A stretch of DNA of 64,000 nt from contig NC_068997.1 in the NCBI RefSeq assembly GCF_001194135.2, positions 10,238,217 to 10,302,216 on the forward strand, read 5' to 3'. This DNA is from Octopus bimaculoides (taxonomy: Eukaryota). The notes beneath the pieces were generated by a model. That model ran no database searches and had not been told where the DNA came from. It saw only the letters and a list, made by a program, of their open reading frames with translations. Numbering within the stretch: the first letter of the stretch is position 1; every line of letters starts with the position of its first letter. Below, one piece after another: positions 13,828-25,243 of this stretch. The position numbers and the translations under genes were made by a program.

Positions 13828-15371
13828 GCTGTCAGTCTGTCCGTCTGTCTGTCTGTCTGCCTGTCTACCTGTTTGCATGTCTACCTGTTTGCATGTCTAT
13901 CTCTATATACTCTTTATTGTATCGAGACCTTTCCCAAAGTATANNNNNNNNNNNNNNNNNNNNNNNNNNNNNNNNNNNNNNNNNNNNNNNNNNNNNNNNN
14001 NNNNNNNNNNNNNNNNNNNNNNNNNNNNNNNNNNNNNNNNNNNNNNNNNNNNNNNNNNNNNNNNNNNNNNNNNNNNNNNNNNNNNNNNNNNNNNNNNNNN
14101 NNNNNNNNNNNNNNNNNNNNNNNNNNNNNNNNNNNNNNNNNNNNNNNNNNNNNNNNNNNNNNNNNNNNNNNNNNNNNNNNNNNNNNNNNNNNNNNNNNNN
14201 NNNNNNNNNNNNNNNNNNNNNNNNNNNNNNNNNNNNNNNNNNNNNNNNNNNNNNNNNNNNNNTATTCACATACAAATATACGAGTATGTATATGAAAGAA
14301 GCCCTGTGTGTGTGTGTGTGTGTGTGTATAAGATAAAAAGAGAAGACAATGTACCAGCAAAATAATTTACATTACCACAACAATTGTTTCATCTTCAAGC
14401 TGCACTGCTCCCTTGTGGGCGTGGAACGATGCAATGACACCAGGTGCAACGCACAGAGCATAGAAAGAACTCAGATGTAAATATGCCAACTTAAAACCTT
14501 ATTATCCCACCTGAGGAGTCATGGTATACTTGGTCAGTATATGCTGTAAATTTGGACTCCTATTGGAAAAGAACTAGTGGAACGAAAAGCCTGCTAAAGT
14601 AGTAGAAAATAAAGATACCACCCTTCTTTGAGTTTTTTGTAATCAAACTGAACATTGTTCTCATGAATCTTTCCCACATCCTAATAAAAAGGATTGTCAA
14701 CCTAAAGATACCCGATTCTCTTAAAATTCCAAATTGAAATAGATACTACAAATTTAACAGAATCTTAGTTCTCAGAATCTTGTCACGTTTCCTAAAATTG
14801 CATTGGTGCTAATCATAAATAACACTCAAAATAAAACGATCATCTTGCTGTTATTTGAGGTGCCTAGGTGAGACTTGGAAACAGCTCGTATAAAACAAAG
14901 CAACATAAACAACAACAACAACAACAACACAAATAAAAATAGTACTAATAATGACAATGAACATAGCACTACTACTACTACTAATAATAATAAACGTACT
15001 AATACTAATAGGACTATTAAGAAATACGCACTAATAATAACAATACTAATAATGATGGAAAATAAAAATAAGGAATAAGTGGAAATTTTACTGGTGAGTG
15101 TGTTAAATTATAAGGCACAAAAAGAAAATGACTCTCGCCAGATGCAAGAGAATATGCTTCAACACACGAACTGACATAAAGAAGAATCTTGCAAACCAAA
15201 TCCCCAAACGATAAAAAGTCCGTTTTTTGTGCTTCGTTTTGTTCCCGTTCCTTTTTTGACGTCCTGTACCCGGATGTGCATCTATATATACATGTAGATG
15301 TAGGTGTGTACATATATGTATGTATACATGCATAAACTCACGATAAAGATACACACGAACAATGTGTGCGA

Positions 15372-15435
<64 letters not shown>

Positions 15436-15703
15436 TCCACACACACACGTGAATGTCGAACAATGAGAAGGAGTCCTCAACACCGCATTGGTAGATAAAA
15501 CTCTTTATTTGTGTATTAAGGTTATCATTGGTTTCATGTTAACAAAATATCTTAATATCTCAACAATTTTTCAAGGCAATCACATGGACGAATGGTGTTC
15601 GTCACCATTTTGGAATTTAGTCCAAATTTTAGTGAAGGATATTTTCTTAACATGAAACCATTGGTAGTCTTAATACATATATAAAGTATACACTCTTTTA
15701 TTA

Positions 15704-15929
15704 TTTTACTTGTTTCAGTCATTAGACTGCGGCCATGCTGGGGCATTTTTAGTCGAACAAATCAACTCCAGTACTTATTTTGAAGCGTGATACTTATTCT
15801 GTCGGTCTTTTTGCCGAACCAATAACTTACGGGGACGTAAACATACCAACACTGGTTGTTAATCGGTGGTTGGGAGATAAACAAAGACACAAAGAGGCAC
15901 ACACATACACTTAAATATATTCATATATA

Positions 15930-15964
<35 letters not shown>

Positions 15965-16129
15965 GACAGGCTTCTTTCAGTTTCTGTCTAGCAAATCCAC
16001 TCACAAGGATTTGGTCGGCCCGAGTCTACAGTAGAAGACACTTGCCCAAGGTACCACGCAGTGGGACTGAACCCCGAACCGCGTGGTAAGGAAGCAAGCA
16101 AGCAAGGTTCTTACCACACAGCCACGCCT
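15704..16129 (-). mobile_element. SINE family A, full length
   Basis: Reverse-complement head (CCACACAGCCAC), core and tail (GACTGCGGCCATGCTGG...TTTCAGTC). Confidence 0.85.
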
Positions 16130-16180
16130 ATCTCTGCCTTTCGCCACCAACATTTATCTTCAACATTTGTCTCCTCTCCA

Positions 16181-16372
16181 TATGTATGTATGTATGTACG
16201 TATGTATGTATGTATGTACGTATGTATGTATGTATGCATGTTTGTATGTATGTATGTATGTATGTATGTATGTATGTCTGTATGTATGTACGTATGTATG
16301 TATGTATGTATGTATGTATGTATGTATGTATGTATGTACGTATGTATGTATGTATGCATGTTTGTATGTATA
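16181..16372. repeat. (TATG)n tetranucleotide microsatellite
   Basis: Direct inspection; representative of many similar tracts. Confidence 0.9.
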
Positions 16373-16878
16373 TGAAATGTGTGAGCCGTCAGATATACGT
16401 AGCCAGATACGTCTTTCTATGGCAGTCATACACAATTGATGTATACGAGCCAGTTACTGCATAAAGGATAGAAATTATCGATCTACGAAAAGTAGTAGTA
16501 ATAGTAGTAGTAGTATAATATGCTGCAATTTCTTGCTCTTGTTGGTGATCTTGGTGTCGTTGGTGATGTGGGAGAAAGAAGAGTCGAAAATGAGAAAGCA
16601 TCCGCCTACGTGGTACTGAAGTTGTGTTTATCGAGGGAGAGCAAAGGGGTTTCAAATCAGATTGGTGTCACAGGTGCGAGAATATATTTTTGGCGCCAAT
16701 TACATTAAGTGCGAGGAGATGCATCTTCTTCGAATCGATATATTGAAAAACTGGTTGTTGATTAGTCACTTAACATCTTTCAATCTAGTATCTACTTTTC
16801 CATATCTCTGAGAATGGGAAGATAAATATGTTCTTTTGAATTTATACGTTTTTGCGTCGTAACTCCTTTATTATTATT

Positions 16879-16958
<80 letters not shown>

Positions 16959-17616
16959 GACACACACTTATATATACTTACACACACACACATATTTATA
17001 TTTATATATACGGAGAGAAGTTCTCTTCGCAATCACGGGTACCGGATTTAGTTCTACTGCGCGGTACCTTGGGTAGTTTCTTTTACTCTACGCCGAAGCC
17101 GATCACCTTATGAACGAAGTTTGTAGACGGAAACCACACACGACCTCCTCGTATGTGTTAGCCAGCTGGAAGAGATGTCTTTCTGGGGCTATAAACGTCA
17201 GTAGCACTGTACTGTATAGGACGCCACACTTGGTTGGCAATTATATATATATATATATATATATACATACATACATGCACACGAGCATACATGCGTTGCA
17301 TAAATGCATGTATCGACCCAACCATTCATCCATATATCCATACATATTTACATTCATACCTACATGCCTAAATGCATACATGCAGGCATAAATACATACA
17401 CTTTTATGTTTTCCATAATTATTTTATCAAATTACTGTAAACGCCATAAACTTAATTTCCATTGAAATTAATTGGTGGTGTTATTTATGAGAATTAAGGA
17501 ATTAAATCCAAAAGTGCTATGAATGGGTATTATGTGCCCAATTAAATATTAAATTAATCTTCTGTCGTTTGGGGATTAATTTGTTTTTTTTTACGAGTAA
17601 ATTTTACTCGTTACTT

Positions 17617-17802
17617 ATTCTTTTCTTCTTTTACTTGTTTCAGTCATTTGACTGCGGCTATGCTGGAGCACCACCTTTAGTCGAACAAATCGACCCCAGG
17701 ACTTATTCTTTCTAAGCCTAGTACTAATTCTATCTGTCGCTTTTTCCGAACCGCTAAATTGCGGGGACGTAAACACGCCAGTATCGGTTGTCAAGCGATG
17801 CT

Positions 17803-17846
<44 letters not shown>

Positions 17847-18000
17847 GACGGGCTTCTTTCAGTTTCCGTCTACCAAATCCACTCACAAGGCTTTGATCAG
17901 CCTGAGGCTATAGTAGAAGACACTTGCCCAAGGTGCCATGCAGTGGGATTGAACACGGAACCAAGTGATTGGTAAGCAAGCTGTTTACCACACAGCCACT
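17617..18000 (-). mobile_element. SINE family A, full length
   Basis: Homologous to the 2043 and 15704 copies; internal (CA)n. Confidence 0.85.
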
Positions 18001-18463
18001 TCTGCGCCGAATACAATTACAAAGCTGTTAGTAATATTCTTATGATAATAGATGCGATAGAACTTATTAGATAGTACCGTAGTGAAATATACTTTATGCA
18101 AATTAATTCTTTCTTGGAGCTGGATATCGAAGCACACATGCTATAAATAATAGTTCGTCCACATTACTCTCGGTTTCTCTTGCGTATATGTATTCCTCCT
18201 CGGACGGGACGCTGGTCCGTTGCATGTTTATCCGTTTCTACCAGCTGAGCGTATTCAGCATGTCGATATTAGGTTGCAGAATCTTTTCTCGAGACCCAGT
18301 TTCCACCCATGCCAAAATCATTATTCAACGTTCTCTGGTAAGTTTATGAATTCGTATTACGTCAGCCGTCCACAATTGTTTACGCAGTTTAAATTGTTAT
18401 TAATTTAGGTACAGGGCCGACTATTTTGGCGGAAAGTGATTAGTCAGTCCTTCACATTTAACT

Positions 18464-18527
<64 letters not shown>

Positions 18528-18644
18528 AATATATATATAGAGAGACATATATATGTATATACGTTTGTGTGTGTACGTGTGTGTCTTTGTATTTGTGCTT
18601 GTGTCCCACCATCTCTTGACAACACGTGTTGGCTTGCTTACGTG

Positions 18645-18790
18645 CCTGTAGTACTGCTGGTGACTTTGTGGTCGGCGGAGAACACTTTGCTCTTATGTGG
18701 CCTTTCTGGCCACATTTATAACATCGGGGCTTCCCGTCCTCCACATTTAACTCCACATTTGTCAGTACCAGTGACTCGCTCTCCCGACTG
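18645..18790 (-). mobile_element. L1/Tx1-like ORF1 zinc-knuckle fragment (duplicate of 23306-23401)
   Basis: EDGKPRCYKCGQKGHIRAKC (CX2CX4HX4C); about 3 mismatches in about 100 bp versus the 23.3-kb copy. Confidence 0.8.
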
Positions 18791-20138
18791 TTTCTTTAGT
18801 TAATCAACATCGGCGGCATTAAACGCAGTTAACTCGGCAGGATTTGGAGTTAGAACGATAAGAGTTGGAATCAATACTGCAAGGCATTTTTCGAAGCTCT
18901 GACGATTCTTCCCAACCATTGCCGCTTTTATATGCGATTCAACTTATTGATTTGATTGAGAATAGAGTATTGTAAACCGGAGAATTACCAGAGTTGTTGG
19001 GACAGGATTCGTTCCTAGAACTCTGTAATGCGAGTTCTAATCCTGTTGATGCTATATTTACCTTTCATTACTTCAGGGTCGATAAATAAATTATCTCATG
19101 TACAAAGGGAGTTGAAGTGGTAGAATCACCAGGATATCGGGAGTAATTTGCTCTGCCACGTTTGGTCTGGTTCTTTGTATTCTGAATTCAAATTCCAACT
19201 AGCTAGGGTTGATCTACCGACTCCAGGAACACTCCATCCACCTCAGCAACTGATTAATGCCGACAGGACGGCTTTCATTCAGGATAGATAAACTTGCAAC
19301 GGCATGTCGAGGATTTCATCCAGGAGTGGATTGGTAACAGTTAAATAGAGAATGGAAGGTGGTGAGCGTACAAGAAGTAAACTCAAATTTGTTGCTGTTG
19401 TTTTGTTTAGCTCAACTAAACCGTTGAAGGCATGTCCCAGCATGGCTGCAGTTCAATGACAAATAAATGATGTACTATTATATTCATCCATTCAGATCGG
19501 ACGATTTGTCGGGATCAATGTACTTCTTCTTCCACGCCAGATGTCCCCTTCGAGCAAAGAGGTATTAGTGCTTCCTCGGGGTTTTAGTCACATTGTAAAA
19601 TCTCATTTGCTGAAATACTTCATCTGAGCTTGTCACGACTACAAAAGAGGACAGTAGTTCGCTATTTAAACTGGTTGATCCCGGCCGTTGACAATTTGTT
19701 GTCCATTCATCCGTTCATTATCTCGTGATATTCGCCATTGACTCAATAAATTCCGCTGCCATGATAGTTAACATCCACCATGCTGCATTTCATGATTTCA
19801 ACGTATCCTAGCTCGAGTGGTAACATGCTATTTAATCTTTAGTTGGGACCCTGATAAGTGGGACCTTGTACAAGTCCCGGTCAAAGTAGACCTAGGAACA
19901 AAAGCGGCTAAGAGGTAGTTCTTCAAAAACCTGTAAGTCCCTTACAAGAGCCCCATTACCGGATGTAGTTTAAAGTCACCCCAGGACCTTATGGTATACT
20001 ACCAAAACTATACTAATAGTATGTCACGATTCCCAGGCCATATATATAATTCAGATGCGGTTTTTCATTTCCGAAAAATGCTCCATTAATGTCTACATCT
20101 ATATTAAGATGAATCCTTTTTATTATTTTTATGTACTC

Positions 20139-21750
20139 AGGCGGCGGGCTGGCAGAATCGTCAGCACCCCGGGTGAAATGCTTAGCGGTATTTCGTCTGC
20201 CGCTGCGTTCTGAGTCGACTTTGCCTTTCATCCTTTCAGAGTCGATAAATATAGTAGCAGTTACGCACTGGGGTCGATGTAATCAACTTAATCCCCTCCT
20301 CCAAGCTGCCCTTGTGGCAAAAATTTGAAATCATTACTATATGTGACTTTACAGGGCGGCGAGGTGTCAGATCCTTTAGCACGACGAGCAAAAACACTCA
20401 TCGTATTTTTGCCCAACTTTACGTTCTGCGTTCAAATTCCGCCATGGTCAGCTTTGCCTTTCATCCTTTCGGGTACGATAAAATAAGTATCAGTCAAGTA
20501 CTAGGCGTCGATGTAATCTTTTCTTTACTACTCTAGGCACAAGGCCCGAAGTTTTAAGGGAGGGGGCCAGTCGATTAGATCGACCCCAGTACGCAACTGG
20601 TACATAATTTATCGACCCCCGAAAGGATGAAAGGAAAAGTCGACCTCGGCGGAAATTGAACTCAGAACGTAAAGACAGACGAAATACCGCTAAGCATTTC
20701 GCCTGGTGTGTTAATGTTTCTGTCAGCTCACCGCCTTGCATCGGTGTAATCTGCTCCCGCCTCCCCCCAAAAGCTGATGGCCCTGTGCCAAAATTTGAAA
20801 CCATTATTATATGTGATTTAAGTTTTGTATTTCAACCAGTGATTGAAAAACCGATCACGTTGAAAATTTAGAAGCAGCAGACGTCTGCAATATGCAATGA
20901 ATAACAAGATTTTATTTTCAGTATTATCGAGTTATTTTTTTATTTAATGTATTCATGTTTTTAATTTCTAAAATAAAGATCATTTGCATTTTAATTAATA
21001 ACGTCACAGTATCGACCGATGTATCGATTGCTGTTACTGTTATACACTACTCGTCACAATGCGCTTCCTCGCATTGTTGTAACTTTCGAATGATGCTATC
21101 TCGCTAGCTAGACAAGCAGGCTTGTTGCATATGAGCGACAGAGATGGAGACATTCCCCCCCTAAACGGGACGCCGTTCCATCTCAGTGTTGTTACTTTAC
21201 AGCTGGGTGGACTGGGGCAGTGTGAAATAATGTGTTTTACTCAAGAACACGACGCGCAGCCGGCCTGGTAATCGAAATCAGGATCCTGCGATAGTGAGAG
21301 CAACTCTAGGCCACGCACCTTCACTAATTAATAACACAAGGCCTGAAATTTTTGGGGAGGGAGCCAGTCGATTAGATCAACCCCAGTACGCAGCTGGTGC
21401 TGAATTTATCGACCCCGGTGAACCTCAGTAGAATTTGAACTCAGAACATAAAGTCGAACGAAATGCCGCTAAGCATTTTTCTCGGTGCGGTAACGATTCC
21501 TCCAGTTTGCCGCCTTAATCGAAATCATAATATTGAATTCGAATTTTGGCCCAAAGCCAGCAATTTTGGAGGAGAGCATAAGTCGATTACATTGACCCCA
21601 GTGCTCAGCTGGTACTTATTCCTTCGATCCCAAAATGATGAAAGGCAGAGTCGACTCCGGCGTCATTTGAACCTCCAACGTAAAGGCGGATGAAATGCCG
21701 CCAAGTATTTAGTCTAGCGCGCTTACGATTCTGTCAGCTCGTCGCCTGCA
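20139..21750. mobile_element. cluster of at least 6 SINE family B copies in both orientations
   Basis: Plus copies at about 20139-20335 and 20353-20520; minus copies at about 20523-20737, 21335-21515 and 21545-21748; extra tail at about 20745-20805. Confidence 0.85.
21040..21322 (-). mobile_element. tRNA-derived SINE with CORE-like centre, distinct tail
   Basis: Minus strand reads GGTGCGTGGCCTAG...GATTTCGATTACC...GTGTTCTTGAGTAAAACACATTATTTCAC; the core is shared with the 55410 copy. Confidence 0.6.
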
Positions 21751-22189
21751 AACAAAAACATAATATTAATAAGAAATAATGTTTATACATTTACCACAAA
21801 GGCACAAACAAGAAAAACCAACTTACCAACCAACCACCAAGCCAACTAACCAACTAACAATTCTCATGTTAAAAGAATTCTTCTGAGGCAACATATTGAA
21901 TCGCGATGCGTTTGGATTATTTTTCTCTCTTTGTCTGTCTGAAATATCAGACCTAGCCAACCCCTTCCAGCTATCAGTTCTGCTCTACCAGCGCATTTTG
22001 ACACCACCTTGTATTATTATTACTTCGTTTGTAAATCGACACAACACAGATTAGATTGTTCTCTCTTAGTAAAGATGCTAATATTTTCGGGAAGCAGATA
22101 TTACAGCTCAACACAATACTGTAATATGCTATTTTATTATTACATAATGAATACTAAATAGATTATATAATAGTCTAGCTTTTATCTTT

Positions 22190-22400
22190 TATCTTTTATG
22201 TTTTTCAGTTATTAGATTGCGGCTATGCTGTAACACTATATTGATTAGTTTAGTCGAACAGATCGACCACAGTATTTAAAGTCTTGTACTTATTCTATCA
22301 GTCTCTTTTGTGCAATCCGTAAGTTAAGGGCACGTAAGAAAGCCAACACGTATTCTCAAGAGATGGTGGGACACACGCACAAATACAAAGACACACGTAC
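22190..22400 (-). mobile_element. SINE family A, 3' portion
   Basis: TTTCAGTTATTAGATTGCGGCTATGCTG...CTATCAGTCTCTTTTG tail homology. Confidence 0.7.
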
Positions 22401-22453
22401 ACACACAAATGTATATACATATATATATATATATGTCTCTTTCTATATATATT

Positions 22454-22534
<81 letters not shown>

Positions 22535-22578
22535 GTATGTACATCGCGCTTTGACAATCAGATGATTGTAGCAACGAC

Positions 22579-23557
22579 TTCTTTATTGCCCACAGGGGGC
22601 TAAACATAAAGGGACAGTACAAAGATAGACAAAAATACAAAAGTAAGGAAACAATAAACGAATGAAAATGATGGTATGAAAAAATGAATGGATGAAATGA
22701 TGGCCACTCGGACCCCACAATCCAAATGACCTCATTGAAACTTTTTAAAAATAATTAGACACTTAATATGTCCAGGTTAAATTCTTTTAAAAGTCTTTGA
22801 TAGCTTACCGTAGACTGCACTCCCCTGGAATCTATTTCTTTTTGTGAGATAATCACATTTCTCCCGTAATCCTCACTTAATCTTTGTGAGCTCTTTCAGT
22901 CCATTAATACACATTTAACTTGCGAGAGCACTCCCTCACACCCTTCAGTATCGACTTGGCCAGATTGTTTCTTTCCTCGCACAACTCATTGTAAAAAAAC
23001 AGGGCGGGGGTTTGGGAATTTGGGGCTCCTGTGTGTTTGTAGCTATATTATCAGTGTCTAGAGGGGTAGGTGAGTGTTGGTGTCTGTAGGGGGAGGGAAA
23101 CAGAGTGGGGCGAGGTGCGGGTTAGGATGGGGGTTAAAATCAATACAATGAGTTCTCTTTTTTCTCTTTTTCCGGCTTACCGTCTTCCATTCTTCTCTTT
23201 ACTCTTCCTCCATTTGTGCCTCCTTGCCATCCTTGCCGGGCTCATTCACACTCCTTCCTGTACTATTTGTCATTGCAGAAGGTAGAAGTGCGATTTTCCT
23301 TCGGTCCTGTAGTACTGCTGGTGACTTTGTGGTCGGCGAAGAACACTTCGCTCTTATGTGGCCTTTCTGGCCACATTTATAACATCGTGGCTTCCCGTCC
23401 TCAATTATAACTCTTAATACCTCCTTCTCGCCCACCGTTATGGTGTCGACTGTTCTTTCAAAGTCCTCCAGAGCAGCCTGGATGATTATCTCCAGTGTCT
23501 GCCCTTGCCAATTCTTCGGTGGCGTTCTCGTTATTTGGAGAGCTTCTATCTTCTAAA
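22579..23557 (-). mobile_element. ORF1-only L1/Tx1-like non-autonomous retroelement, 5'-truncated, degenerate
   Basis: Gag-like ORF1 (KIEALQITR..VLRVIIEDGKPRCYKCGQKGHIRAKC..WKTVSRKKRKK) runs, with stops and frameshifts, into a pyrimidine-rich 3' UTR ending GCCCCCTGTGGGCAATAAAGAA; no recognisable APE/RT. Confidence 0.72.
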
Positions 23558-23814
23558 GTTTCTGCCAGCTCACCACCTTGCTTTACTCCTATACTCTACA
23601 AGATATTATTCTAGAACGCTATCCAGGCGTAACATCGTCATATTCTTTTATTCTTTTACATGTTTCAGTCATTTGACTGCGGCCATGTTGGAGAGACCGA
23701 TAGAATAAGTGCTAGGTTTACAAAAGAGTAAGCCCTGGGGTCGATTTATTCGACTAAAAAAAGCAGTGCTCCCCATGGCTGCAGTTAAAAGACTGAAACA
23801 AATAGAAGAATAAA

Positions 23815-23881
<67 letters not shown>

Positions 23882-23973
23882 GTACATATATATATGTACA
23901 TATATATATACATATATAAACATACACTATATACAACTTCATATCTATTATATCTATGATTATTAGAGTGACA

Positions 23974-24330
23974 AAGGCGGCGAGCGGGCGAAATGCTTAG
24001 TGGTATTTCGTCTGTATTTACGTAGGTCGACTTTGCCTTTCATCCATTCGGGGTCGATAAATTCAGTACTAGTTGCGTACTAGGGCCGATCTAATCAACT
24101 GGCTCCCTCCCTCAAAATTTCGGGCCTTGTTCCTAGAATAGAAAAGAATAGTTAGCATGTCGGAAAAAATGCTCAGCGACATTTCTTCCGGCTTCACGTT
24201 CTGAGGTCGACTGTACTTTTCTTTCTTTCGGTGTCGGTAAAATAACTACAAATAGAGCACTGGAATCGATGTAACTGGCTTCCCCTTCCCTTCCGTAATC
24301 CTGGCCTTTTCTCAGAAAAAATTGGAAAGA
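23974..24330 (+). mobile_element. two tandem SINE family B copies
   Basis: Two successive heads/bodies (AAGGCGGCGAGC..., GTTAGCATGTCGG...). Confidence 0.75.
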
Positions 24331-24682
24331 ATTCTTGTTATGACACGATATGAATTCATCTGGTTAAAAAAGTATCATTGAACTGAGATCAATGGAAGGC
24401 AACTGATGACTACGATATCTGGGACAATAACACATCAGAAAGATCTCCTTACAATTTAAAGGATGAATGGTTGTGCAAAAGATTATGAAAAGAATATCAC
24501 TTACAGGTTTTTCTTTTTAAATAATGGCTTTCTTTACGACCTTGCCACCGAGCAGATGGCTTAGGAAAACTAACTTTAAAACTCCAGTCAGGAAGACATA
24601 CATACATACATACATACATACATACATACATACATACATACATGCATGCATGCATGCATGCATACAGCACATACATACATAG

Positions 24683-25050
24683 TTCAGGTGTATACCTGTA
24701 GTTATTGGAGCCCTGGGATATGTAACACAGTGCCTAAATACTAATGTTGAGAAATTAGGCTTCTCAAAACCAGAAAGGAGAAAGCTAATTCGAAGACTAC
24801 TGATCCAATCCATCACTGGAACTGTAAAAATCTGTAAAACTTTCCAGAAGTTTATCATTTAAATATATATGAGCATGTCTAGATATGCAACTATATGCAT
24901 GAAAATACATACATAAAACATACAAATCTGTACATACATACGTTCGTACATACATACAAACAAACAAACATACCCTGTTGTTGATGTTGAAATTCCAATG
25001 AAGGAACCTTGGATTTAGGTTAGAAACACGTTCTTTTTCTATTGGCAAGG
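24683..25050 (+). mobile_element. 3' fragment of a second RLE-type non-LTR retrotransposon family
   Basis: 24683-24862 translates FRCIPVVIGALGYVTQCLNTNVEKLGF...QSITGTVKICKTFQKFII* (same IPxxxGALG motif as the 508 element); follows a (CATA)n tract. Confidence 0.7.
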
Positions 25051-25202
25051 TTCATGTTTGGTTGATTAAAAATGTAATGGCAAGTATTTATTGACCTTTT
25101 TCTTTCCTTTAAAAATCAGCACGAACTTTCCGGACAACCCAATATTATCTATGCAATCTTTTACTTCTGAATTCATTTATTTCTTGTTATTTGTTATATT
25201 AT

Positions 25203-25237
25203 TTCTAATAGTTCATTATTTCTATATTTATTTGCAG
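25203..25237 (+). promoter_or_regulatory. branch point and 3' splice acceptor upstream of the SK start codon
   Basis: TTCTAAT (25203-25209), T-rich tract, TTTGCAG ending 25237, 6 nt before ACC-ATG. Confidence 0.6.
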
Positions 25238-25243
25238 TTCACC

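Noticed and set aside
19496-19561. 66-nt phase-0 exon candidate that could splice in frame to the SK exon
   Set aside because: Weak donor (GTATTA) and no SK-like sequence; cannot be distinguished from background without RNA data.
25091-25243. 51-aa hydrophobic N-terminal extension of the SK ORF from a TTG start
   Set aside because: The segment is a T-rich intron end with a branch point and acceptor; eukaryotic initiation at ACCATG 25244 is far more plausible.
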